A stretch of 64,000 nucleotides of DNA from Octopus vulgaris (Eukaryota): the NCBI GenBank assembly GCA_951406725.2, contig OX597835.1, forward strand, positions 7,378,001 through 7,442,000, read 5' to 3'. The translations under genes were made by a program, and so were the position numbers. Positions 13,376 through 27,786 of this stretch are shown here, in pieces. The notes beneath the pieces are model-generated. The model worked only from the letters and a program-made list of their open reading frames with translations, had not been told where the DNA came from and made no database searches. Numbering within the stretch: position 1 is the first letter of the stretch; each line of letters opens with the position of its first letter.

Positions 13376-13744
13376 ATATGGTGACTGGTAGCACTATGCG
13401 GCGGCTTATCGTAAGTGAATTACAGAGGAGGAGCACTTGAGGCACGTTCGAACAGGGGAAGAAGTTATTCACTGCGTTAGGTATATACACACCATTTGTC
13501 AAAAAGCAGCATATATTTTCCTTAACAAAACGTAACGAGTAGCTTGTTACCTAGTTCGAACGTGCGTCAAGTACATTCCAACTAATGATAACATTACAAT
13601 TTTACTCATCACTGCTTAGTGCTCCGCCCGCCGCCTCTGTAATTTACTTACGGTGAGCCGCCGAAAAGCATACGAGAGTCAGTCTCTTCTATCAGCGCCT
13701 CCAGCCTGGTGTCTGTGACCCAAGAGATAACTATTCCGAAATGC

Positions 13745-14275
<531 letters not shown>

Positions 14276-14730
14276 TTGTAATTCCATAGTGAATATGGAA
14301 TTTACACCGTACATAAAACGTTTTAGTCAGTTAAAAACACACCAAAACTGTTATAGGCGCCATATTTATTTCTTTGGGTGTCGAAATTATCGTTGCAATC
14401 TCAACAAATATACTTTTAACACGTCAAGAAATAAGCGAAAAGTGAACATAACAGGTACTTCGCGTTCCGAATGATTATTCTTCGACATAACTGATTCAGT
14501 TTTAGACTGTTATTTGCAACTAAAAGTATTGGCAGAAATATCCGAAATGAGTGGCATCTTGTCCAGTGAAGAGGGAATGACAGGGAATTTCAGAATGAAT
14601 AATCTAGAAATTAGAGTGTAAGAAGCTATGGCCAGAAACACTTGCATACGATTGGGAGATCCTTCTCTGAAGATCTTTTACAGTTCAGAGGTTCTTGCTA
14701 GTGCCGCATAATCAAACACACATACACGCG

Positions 14731-14885
14731 TGTGTTAAGAAGCTTGCTTCCCAACCACATGGTTTCAGGTTCAGTCCCACTGCTGCGTAGCATCTTTGGC
14801 AACTATCTTATCTTCTACTATAGCCTCGGGTCGACCAAAGCCTTGTGATTGGATTCGGAAGACGGAAACTGTAAGAAGCCGGTCA
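14731..14885 (+). mobile_element. SINE family A 5' part, diverged
   Basis: Similarity to the family A head. Confidence 0.7.
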
Positions 14886-14900
14886 TATATAGGTGCGCGC

Positions 14901-14932
<32 letters not shown>

Positions 14933-14950
14933 ATGTATGCATGTATGTAC

Positions 14951-15006
<56 letters not shown>

Positions 15007-15155
15007 CCCAAAATAAGCAACAAGAATGGATCCGGTTACTTGTTGCTTATTTTTGGTTATAATCATCCCGCATAATTTTATGGGTAATACCATAAAAATT
15101 CTAGTGCATCTAAATTAAGTACCATATTCATTTGAATCTAAATTGTTTTGCTGAA

Positions 15156-15217
<62 letters not shown>

Positions 15218-15219
<2 letters not shown>

Positions 15220-15790
15220 AGTAGTTGAATGAATTATCTTATTAAGGATAATTCGAAAGATAACCGATACCTGGGTAGCAAATTCACATCAGAAAGAACA
15301 CGGTTGAAGCTACGTCCCTAGGGCATAGACTACATGTCTTCGTGCGGAAATTTGTATGTTTATTTTAAAATTATAAGTATATGAAAGAATGGAGTTGAAC
15401 GACTAGCTAACAAATATCCTTTATTCTCGACATATGTTTCGAAGGCTGCATATTCCTAATTCCGAAGGAATAAGGAGTACACTTTTTATATGATGAGAAA
15501 ATAGAGAGTTAATTAATAAATTATTATTTATCAACTAAAAAATTGGCAAACATGCCTTACAGCTGTTTCAATTCCAGACCTTCAGAAAATTAATTAATTA
15601 AATAAAAAATTATTTGAAAGCCAATCTCTTCAGAGATAGTTAAAAAAATTCGAAATAGGTGTTCAATTTCTATGTGTTGAGTAAACAGCGGTTAAAAACA
15701 AACGAATGTAAGTTGTACTCAATAGATTTTAATAGGAGTTAAAAGTTCTTATTAATAAATTTACCCAGAACTTTTGATAGGGACAGTAAA
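15218..15790 (-). mobile_element. Penelope-like pLTR remnant in (TA)n
   Basis: Contains an HHR-like motif; first ~110 bp recur at 34676-34825; flanked on both sides by (TA)n. Confidence 0.55.
15554..15637 (-). ncRNA. Type I hammerhead ribozyme-like motif with long AU-rich stem II
   Basis: atct-CTGAAGA-[gattggctttca...tgaaggtctggaatt]-GAAA-c agct g-TA-aggc; palindromic stem III. Confidence 0.5.
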
Positions 15791-15841
<51 letters not shown>

Positions 15842-15843
<2 letters not shown>

Positions 15844-16950
15844 TGGTGTGCAGTCGGGGCATGCAGGCTCATGCACTGCATGCCCGTTTATTTTATATGT
15901 AACTCAAAAGTTAAGTTAAGAAAGTAGTGTATTTATAACCACATTGAAAAGTTGTCCAAATTATTGGAAACTGAGTTAGAAAAGTTACTTTATTTCAAAG
16001 GTAACCCGTCCAGATTCTATACTTTGCTCTATTCCCATTCTGCTTCCTCGAGGCATGCTTAAAGAAAAACGCATATGAAATCTTTTGTTCTCCCCTTCCT
16101 ATCTTTCAGTAACCATAATTTCTCTCCTGTCTATCTGTAAAGTCAATATCTTTATCGACTTTACAGATAGGCAAGAGGGAAATGATGGTTATCTGTAAAG
16201 ACAATGCCTGTAAGGTTCTTTATGTCAATAAAATAAAAACTGAAGTTATGTTTTGAGAAAATCGAATGTTACAGCTTTGGTTCTCCCCCTCCCTTTCTAT
16301 CAGTTTTCCTTTGTCAACAATTCTTTGTAATTGACAGGCGACAGGCTAAATAGTTGAATGTGTTTGACATTTTGACCCGTAAAAATTCTCATAATTCTCA
16401 ATTAGTCAGCTCAAATTTTAGCGTGACCTTGGAATATCTATTTCGTGCTGACATATGTTTTGAAATTATTATCATTGACCATCCTCTGTATTGAACAAAT
16501 TTTCAAAAATTCTGAAATCAGGAATATAATATAGTTAATTAATCTTTTGTTGGTTTGGAAAATTATCTTTCCGATTTGTTGAAACCGATTTAAAATTCAC
16601 GCACACACCCACACACAGTGTATTGCTTTCTTGAGATTTCTTTAGGATTTTCGAAATATTTGTCCAAATAATTGAAATGTGTGTTACAGAAGAAATTTTG
16701 AAAAATAGTTTTTCAAAAAAAGATTTTGAAATGAAACAATTAATTATAAATGGTGGTCGACCAACACCGAAATTACCTGATTTGCGAAGCTACAACAAGA
16801 AATTCACGAGACAATTTCAGGTTAGTTTGCATGAAAAGAAAAAATGGTTAACAGGTAGTGCTACGCTTAATAAGTTATTCTGCTGGCCATGTGTGTTCTT
16901 TTGTTTAGAAAAATCTATTTGGAATGATAAAGGTTATGATGATGTAAATA

Positions 16951-16993
<43 letters not shown>

Positions 16994-18565
16994 TTATTTT
17001 TTTTTTTTTCTTTTTTCTAGTTTCAGCTCAGAGCTGCGGCCATGCTGATGCACCGCCGTTTTGTGCTACACTGTTATTGCGACGAACCTCGTCTAATATG
17101 TGGCACTTGGTGAAGAATGGAGTTTGATACAGCTACTCTCATTTGCACCTCTTGCCGTGAGGTAGGTTCATCTGGGACTCTTGTCAGGAAGATGTCCAGC
17201 TTTGATTTAAAATCCGCTACATCTACTTTGTGCAAGTTCCCCAGACTCTTTGGGAGAATATTAAAAAGCTGTGGGCCCTTGAAACCCAGGCTGTTGCAGA
17301 AGCTGGTCCTGAAGCGTGATGGCATTGCTGAGATCTTTGGCACTATGCAGTGTCGTCCCGTTCTAGCATTGGTGTGGCTTACAATGCCCAAATGTGCCAC
17401 AATTCCTTCCAGGATCTTCCAGACATATATTACTGCATACCTCTCCCGTCTTCTATACATATATTGCTATGCTAAAACATGAACGTTCTGAAAGGCATAT
17501 AAAACTCTTCATAGATCTTAAAATATTCAGGAATTTTTGCATAGACTTAGAATTTGATGCGTGTAAAAACCAGAGCATACAACATCATAATGAGGACGTT
17601 AGACGAAGCAGATCCATTCTGCAACGATTGATCGATGTAGTTATTTTTATTAGGTCATTAGGAATTATCATTTCGGGGTCATTTTGAGTCTGAAAAACCT
17701 AATAATTGTGGAAATAATTGTGAAAGGACTATTATATATTTAATCAGTAAATATGACGAAAACTTGGCAGGCCTTGTAGTTACAGCTTCTGTCTTCTCAG
17801 GTCTCTCAGACAGAATTCAAAATGACTCGATGGATGCAATCTAAAAGGTCATGTTGAATGAAATACAAAATGAACTTAATCAGGCTAAATTCATTGTTGT
17901 TCTTGTTGAGGAAAAATCTGATGTGTCGGCATATTCACAACTGTTAACTGTTTTACGTTATGTTACAGAAGATTGTTACGAAAGAACGATGTATCGGTTT
18001 TAAAGATGTTAGTGCAGATCGATCGGCAGATGTTTTATCTGAAAATGTTTTGAAATGCATTGAAACGTGGAAATGTGAAAACGAATTGATTGCACGAACC
18101 CATTACGGTGCCGCTACAGTGGCAGGACAATAAAATAGGTCACAGTCAAAAGTAAGACAGAAATATGAACGTGCGATCTTTATTCATTGTTGTACTCATA
18201 TCCTAAAACCTTTACCTTACCTTGGTGGTAAAATTTACCAATTTAGTTCGTTCCCAATCATGCTCTGCTATAAAAGAATGCAAGATATATTTTTTCTACA
18301 GTAAATAGATTGAATACATTCTTTTACGAAATCACCGAAAAGGGCTAATGCATTAAATAACGTTGTTAAAAAAAGATCTCCGAAAGCAACAGCAACTAGA
18401 TGGAACTACTCTTCGCGTCTTATTATCACCACAAAAGAAAATAATAATTTCATAATTAGCCTTTCTGAAGACATCATTGAAAATCCTGAAGCATGGGATG
18501 ATACCATCATTAATTCAGAAATTGGATTCTTGCATACTTTTAAAGGGCATTCTTTCGTTTTAAAC
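15842..18565 (+). mobile_element. Degenerate hAT (Tip100/ZMYM1-like) transposon
   Basis: TTF-type zinc finger (RQFQ...KKKWLTGSATLNKLFCWPCVFF...W), KHERSERH, RSILQRLIDVVIF, FRGH, IQND, EKSDVS..QL, FIHCCTHIL, ATRWN; many frameshifts and stops. Confidence 0.85.
17010..17460 (-). mobile_element. CR1-group LINE 3' end (ORF2 C-terminus + 3' UTR) inserted in the hAT element
   Basis: RRRERYAVIYVWKIL...FKGPQLFNILPK...FKSKLDIFLTRVPDEP...SNSILHQ; interrupts the hAT ORF. Confidence 0.85.
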
Positions 18566-19009
18566 CGTCAGGTTGTCAAATAAAAATCAGCTGCTTTATC
18601 AGGCTGCTTGCCAATTTCTGGAAAATAATTGACAATCACTCGAGTTGCCTGAAAGACAATGACGCGGGCACACACAAACATTGAAACATACACACATAAA
18701 TATAAACACACACACCCTGAAACACACACACACACACATTGAAACATACACACATAAATATAAACACACACGCATTGAAAGATGTGTGTGTTTGTGTGTG
18801 TTTATGTATAAACGATTTTGTATAATGTTCTTTTACATTCTTTCAAATTTTCTTCTATCATTAAGCACGTTTCTTCATTTTCTTTTTGCATGTTGCGATA
18901 ATTCACTTCTTTCTTATTCCCAACAAATGAAAAGAGACGCTAAGTTTTTGTTAAGTGTTTTTAAGGCTCTATGCAATGTTGAATTTTCGCTGACTTTGTG
19001 TGTGTGTGT

Positions 19010-19248
19010 CTCTTTTTATGCGTTTCACTCATTAGACTGCGGCCATGCTGGGGCACCTCCTTAAAGAAGATTTAGTCTTATGAAGCGACAGCAGCATTGA
19101 ATTTTTTAAACCTGGTACTTATTCTAACAGACACCTTTTGCCGAAACTCTAGATTATGTGGACGTAAAGACGGCAAAACCGGTTGTCAAGCGCTGATGGA
19201 GGACAAATAAACACACACGCACACACACATTGACACACACACACAAAA

Positions 19249-19284
<36 letters not shown>

Positions 19285-19432
19285 GACGGGTTTGATTAAA
19301 TTTCCACCTACAAATCCGCTCAGAAGTTTTTAGTCGGACCGAAACTATATTAAGAGACACCTGCCCAAGGTGCCACGCAGTGGGACTGAACCTCGAACCA
19401 TGTGGTTGGGAAGCAAGCTTCTTACCACACAG
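19010..19432 (-). mobile_element. SINE family A, diverged
   Basis: Family A head and tail. Confidence 0.8.
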
Positions 19433-19808
19433 TCACACACACACACACACCCACACTCACATACGCACGCACACATATATATTCATATATATGGATGTGT
19501 ATATAAGTATATATATATATATGTATATCTATATATATATATGTATATCTATAGACATATAAGTATATATATATATATATATATATATAACAATAATAAA
19601 TCTCTGAGCGAGATATAAACAGTAACTGCTCTATAACATAAGGGGGATCAGCCATCTGAATGTGGCTAGGGACAGGGCGGGGTGGTGGGGGTGTTACTGA
19701 TGCATTTAGCCCCAGGCGATCATCGACGTCACCAGAAGGGCCGACACCATCTCGGTGTCCTTGCCAGCCTGCAAAGGGAGATCAGCCTCCCGAAGATACG
19801 GATACTAC

Positions 19809-19849
19809 ATACGGACCGATTTCGAGGTATTTGCCTCTTATCAACGCAT
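19809..19849 (-). ncRNA. Type I hammerhead ribozyme, U3-A8 variant (inverted copy)
   Basis: atgcg-TTGATAA-gagg caaata cctc-GAAA-tcgg-TC-cgtat. Confidence 0.7.
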
Positions 19850-19954
19850 GGTAAGCACCGTTCTTCGTTGAGGGACCCCCTCTACAGGCTGGATATATAA
19901 GGATTTTCACAGTAACCACAGTCACTGATGTAGAAAAACCCAACGGTGCTTACC

Positions 19955-19995
19955 ATGCGTTGATAAGAGGCAAATACCTCGAAACCGGTCCGTAT
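19955..19995 (+). ncRNA. Type I hammerhead ribozyme, U3-A8 variant
   Basis: Stem I atgcg/cgtat, core TTGATAA, stem II gagg-caaata-cctc, GAAA, palindromic stem III accggt, predicted GUC cleavage after 19990. Confidence 0.78.
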
Positions 19996-20305
19996 GTAGT
20001 ATCCGTATCTTCGGGGAGGCTGATCTCCCTTTGCAGGCTGGCAAGGACACCGAGATGGTTTCGGCCCTTCTGGTGACGTCGATGATCGCCTGGGGCTAAA
20101 TGCATCAGTAACACCCCCACCACTCCGCCCTGTCCCTAGCCACATTCAGATGGCTGATCCCCCTTATGTTATAGAGCAGTTACTGTTTATATTGTTTTAT
20201 TATTGTTGTCGAACGGTTTTTCTACATCAGTGACTGTGGTTACTGTGAAAATCCTTATATATCCAGCCTGTAGAGGGAGTCCCTCAACGAAGAACGGTGC
20301 TTACC

Positions 20306-20346
20306 ATGCGTTGATAAGAGGCAAATACCTCGAAACCGGTCCGTAT
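20306..20346 (+). ncRNA. Type I hammerhead ribozyme, U3-A8 variant
   Basis: Identical to 19955-19995; nested in a long hairpin 20263-20392; predicted cleavage after 20341. Confidence 0.78.
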
Positions 20347-20549
20347 GTAGTATCCGTATCTTCGGGGAGGCTGATCTCCCTTTGCAGGCTGGCAAGGACA
20401 CCGAGATGGTGTCGGCCCTTCTGCTGACGTCGATGATCGCCTGGGGCTAAATGCATCAGTAACACCCCCACCACCCCGCCCTGTCCTTAGCCACATTCAG
20501 ATGGCTGATCCCCTTATGTTATATATATATCTATCTATCTATCTATCTA

Positions 20550-20592
<43 letters not shown>

Positions 20593-20892
20593 ATATATAT
20601 ATATATATATATACAAAAAGGGTGAAATATAATTAATTTAATAAAATTAATAAATTTCACCTAGTAGACTTTTCGGTATAGAAAAGACCATATTTGGTAA
20701 GAATTATATTAATTATAATAAAGGCTTAATTGCAACAAGTTGCTCAAAACCACATACCGAAGAAAGTTAGAAATAGTAGCCGAACAGATCACTATTTCTC
20801 CTACTAATAAAAAAGTCTCCACAAACAAACAGAATTTGTAACCCGTATATGGTAAAAAGAAAGAAAATAACGAAATCCCAGCCTATTGGATT

Positions 20893-20952
20893 AATTATAG
20901 AGTAATCGTTTCTGGATTAGAACCGAAGGTTCATTTCCTTGTCAATATAATT
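20893..20952 (-). ncRNA. Degenerate hammerhead-like motif (U3-A8 core)
   Basis: aattata-TTGACAA-gga..gaac cttcg gttc..tcc a-GAAA-cgattac-TC-tataatt; 7-bp stem I, but stem III mismatched. Confidence 0.45.
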
Positions 20953-21128
20953 TTTCTTATAAATCTAGAAATGCTAGGAAAAAAACTCACCCATTACACT
21001 AGCTCGACCAGGTGACATCGAACGATCTAACGATCCACTAGCATCTCTACATTTATATAGACAGGCGAATTCGTATCTCCCTCCAAAATTACCACATGAG
21101 TTACAAAATCATTACCAACGAAGCGAAA

Positions 21129-21201
21129 TTTCGCAGATTTATTGTAAGGGAGTAAAAGTATTCAATATATACTTTTACTCCCTTACAATAAATCTGCGAA
21201 A
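21129..21201. repeat. Perfect inverted repeat (~33-bp arms)
   Basis: tttcgcagatttattgtaagggagtaaaagtat / atacttttactcccttacaataaatctgcgaaa. Confidence 0.9.
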
Positions 21202-21216
21202 CCCTTTATTTTTAAT

Positions 21217-21247
<31 letters not shown>

Positions 21248-21287
21248 TGAGCAAGTTGGTGTGTGAAAGCACGTGGTTGGATATATA

Positions 21288-21513
21288 AAAAATAGAAAAG
21301 ACTGAAAAAACTACAGAAGGCTTGTTTTATAAGGTTAAAGAATATATTTAAGTTGTTATGTTAGAAGAATGTTATAAAATTTTGTATATAGTAACATAGT
21401 TTTTGGAGAAATTACCGGTTTCGTGTTAACTTTTCAAAATTCTTCTAACATAACAACTTAAATATATTCTTTAACCTTATAAAACAACCTTCTGTAGTTT
21501 TTTCAGTCTTTTC

Positions 21514-21519
<6 letters not shown>
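21288..21519. repeat. Inverted repeat (~80-bp arms) in (TA)n
   Basis: aaaatagaaaagactg...gttagaagaat vs attcttctaac...cagtcttttctatttt. Confidence 0.9.
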
Positions 21520-21592
<73 letters not shown>

Positions 21593-21712
21593 TATTTATA
21601 TATACACATATATATACGTGTATATGTGTATATAGGGAGAATTCACTTATACATATATAAATGTAAAAGTGTGTGTGTGTCTGTGTATGTGTAGGTGTGT
21701 GTGTGTGTGTAG

Positions 21713-21745
<33 letters not shown>

Positions 21746-22406
21746 TGTGCGTGCGAGCACGCATAGTAACATCGGCACACATTCAAGCAAGTCACATACA
21801 GAACAAAAAAGAGAAGACAGAACCATCGGCGGAATTTTCTTTGCTAAGTGCTTTATTAAATTGTGTTTTTCGTAGGTAAAATACGTCGTCTGGAAAATGA
21901 TAGAAATAAAATAAACAAGCAAACAAAATATATTAAATAAACGAAATAAATAAAATATTTTATTCTGTCGACTAATTTGTGTGGAGTAGAAATTAATGAA
22001 GAATTAGGAAATTACCTAATAAACAGCTTTTTAACAAATCATTCTTTCGCCTGTCTTGATTTTATTTTCTGAAGTTAATTCGTCTGCGATTATTTTTTAT
22101 ATAGACTTTCGTGTGTGTCACTGTGTGTGCGTATGTGAGTATAAATGTATATTTACATATATATGTATATGTATCTGTGTATGTATATATATGTATATAT
22201 ATATATATATGTATACATATGTATATAAAACATATGTACACATATATACACATATGTATGCGTGTATGTGTGTGTGTGTATATATACATATATATACATA
22301 CATATATATATGTATGCATATACTAATATGTATGTACGTATACAGATACACACATATGTATATATATATATATATATATAATATATATATATATATATAC
22401 AGATAC

Positions 22407-22446
<40 letters not shown>

Positions 22447-22471
22447 TACAGATACAGATATATATATATGT

Positions 22472-22596
<125 letters not shown>

Positions 22597-22661
22597 GGAG
22601 TAAACACATAAATCTGAAAGAAGGTGGGAAAAAGAGTACTGAAATACCAGTGGTAGAGTAA

Positions 22662-22766
22662 TATGCTTTATTTAAAGCAGCAGAAAATTCAACAAAACCT
22701 GTTACTCTGATGAACGGGAAACTCAGAGTAACAGGTTTTGTTGAATTTTCTGCTGCTTCAAATAAA

Positions 22767-22771
<5 letters not shown>
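22662..22771. repeat. Inverted repeat (~48-bp arms) with a hammerhead-like centre
   Basis: Arms surround ctgatgaacgggaaac; flanked by (TA)n. Confidence 0.85.
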
Positions 22772-22817
<46 letters not shown>

Positions 22818-22928
22818 CTTGAGGATCCATTTTACTTAATTTCACCATTAATCTGCTTTTAAACATCCACGATCTCACTCTCTATCCACTTTAATGTATC
22901 CTATTTGTTTAGTACCCACAAGAGGCTA

Positions 22929-22959
<31 letters not shown>

Positions 22960-22988
22960 CATATATATACACACAGATACAGTTATAA

Positions 22989-23730
22989 GTATGTATGTAT
23001 GTATGTATGTATGTATGTATGTATGTATGTATGTATGTATGTATGTATGTATGTATGTATGTATGTATGTATGTATGTATGTATGTATGTATGTGTGTGT
23101 ATGTATGTATGTGTGTATGTATGTATGTATGTATGTATGTATGTATGTATGTATGTGTGTGTATGTATGTATGTGTGTATGTATGTATGTATGTATGTGT
23201 GTGTATGTATGTATGTGTGTATGTATGTATGTATGTATGTATGTATGTATGTATGTGTGTGTATGTATGTATGTGTGTATGTATGTATGTATGTATGTGT
23301 GTGTGTGTATGTACGTATGTATGTATGTATGTGTGTATGTATGTATGTATGTATGTATGTATGTGTGTGTATGTATGTATGTGTGTATGTATGTATGTAT
23401 GTATGTATGTATGTATGTATGTATGTATGTATGTATGTATGTGTGTGTATGTATGTATGTGTGTGTATGTATGTATGTATGTATGTATGTATGTATGTAT
23501 GTATGTATGTATGTATGTATGTATGTGTGTGTATGTATGTATGTATGTGTGTGTGTATGTATGTATGTATGTATGTATGTATGTATGTATGTATGTGTAT
23601 GTATGTATGTATGTATGTATGTATGTATGTGTGTGTATGTATGTATGTGTATGCATGTGTGTATGTATGTATGTATGTATGTGTGTGTATGTATGTATGT
23701 ATGTATGTATGTATGTATGTATGTATGTAT
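22989..23730. repeat. (TATG/TG)n microsatellite
   Basis: Direct repeat. Confidence 0.95.
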
Positions 23731-24002
23731 ATTACCGCAGTTGGACATTAATGAACGTTTCGCAGAAGAGGAACGACAGAGACATACCTAGAATTGTAAA
23801 GATTTCTTCCTTCCATTCATCTATTATTTAAACGGTGCTGCCTTAAGGAAACGCAGCGCTACCTTCCTCCTAATAACTTTAGTTCTCGAGTGGTTAATCC
23901 TCGCAAGGTTTGAAACTGCCTTATCGCGATTCAATTATTTACAGATTTATATGCTTCGGGACCTACTAATCCAAATATGTGTATCTGTGTGTATATGCCC
24001 AC

Positions 24003-25692
<1,690 letters not shown>

Positions 25693-26830
25693 TATGTATG
25701 TATGTGTGTATGTATGTGTGTATGTATGTATGTGTGTGTGTATGTATGTATGTATGTATGTATGTATGTATGTATGTGTGTATGTATGTATGTATGTATG
25801 TATGTATGTATGTATGTGTGTATGTATGTATGTATGTATGTATGTATGTGTGTGTATGTATGTATGTATGTATGTATGTATGTATGTATGTATGTGTGTG
25901 TGTGTATTTATGTATGTATGTATGTATGTATGTATGTATGTATGTATGTATGTATGTATGTGTGTATGTGTGTATGTATTTATGTATGTATGTATGTATG
26001 TATGTATGTGTGTATGTATGCATGTTTGTATGTATGTATGTATGTATGTATGTGTGTATGTATTTATGTATGTATGTATGTATGTATGTGTGTATGTATG
26101 TATGTATGTATGTATGTATGTATGTATGTATGTATGTTTGTCTGTGTGTATGTATGTATGTATGTATGTATGTATGTATGTATGTATGTATGTATGTATT
26201 TATGTATGTATGTATGTATGTATGTATGTATGTATGTATGTGTGTATGTATTTATGTATGTATGTATGTATGTATTTATGTATGTATGTATGTATGTATG
26301 TATGTATGTATGTATGTATGTGTATGTATGTATGTATGTGTATGTATTTATGTATGTATGTATGTATGTATGTATGTATGTATGTATGTGTGTATGTATT
26401 TATGTATGTATGTATGTATGTGTGTGTATGTATGTGTGTATGTATGTATGTGTGTATGTATGTATGTATGTGTGTGTGTGTAAATATGTATGTATGCATG
26501 AGTGCATGTATGTATTATATATGTTTGTATTATGTATGTATGCATAGTATGTATGTATGTATGTATGTTATGAATTTATGTATGTTCTGTGTGTATGTAT
26601 ATATAGGTATGTATGTATGTTATATATGTATGTATGCATGTTACGTATGTATATATGTTATGAATGTATGTTCTTTGTGTATGTATATATATGTATGTAA
26701 TGTATGTATTCATGTATGTATGAATATATGTATGTATACATGTATATATGTATTTATGTCTGTCTGTATGTATGTATGAATGCATGTATATTTGTATTTA
26801 TTTATGCCTGTATGTATGTATGTATGTATA
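25693..26830. repeat. (TATG)n microsatellite, degenerating
   Basis: Direct repeat. Confidence 0.95.
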
Positions 26831-27118
26831 TTATCAAACATAGAACTTAACAATTATGATTATATCAAAATCGACTATAATGTTAAATATTAATTTTAAT
26901 TTATAAGGTAGGAAACCCACCCTTAATCTAATATCGGTATTAGTCTATATCTACTTACATAAAAATTAAAAAAATGACTAATATATATAAATTATCAATG
27001 AAAATATATAAATGTATATAAATATTATAATTAAGATCTAAAATAATCTCTATAAATAAATATATATGCACATAAATCTGATTTTTCCCTGTAAGTTTGG
27101 ATTTATTCCCTAATATTT

Positions 27119-27580
<462 letters not shown>

Positions 27581-27786
27581 ACAATACAATATAGGAAATT
27601 ATCGTTAAAGCTGGAAAAAATCAGCCTAGAATATATCTCAGACTTAAGCCTCGAGCATTAGATCTTTTAAGGGAATTCATCTTAAATTGCAGGTTTCAAT
27701 GCAACAGAATAAAGACAAATGATAATATGAAATCATAATTTGATTTCGATTGATATATATACCAAATACTCACCCTGTATTGGTTT

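Larger units (their letters stand above)
19589..20520. mobile_element. 351-nt hammerhead-containing tandem unit (retrozyme/pLTR-like), one minus copy plus ~1.6 plus copies
   Basis: 19589-19940 is the reverse complement of the unit repeated in 19942-20520; period 351 (cores at 19960 and 20311); flanked by (TA)n/(TATC)n. Confidence 0.85.

Noticed and set aside
19660-20496. Repeated short ORFs in the 351-nt unit
   Set aside because: No recognisable domain; frames differ among copies; better explained as structured RNA on the opposite strand
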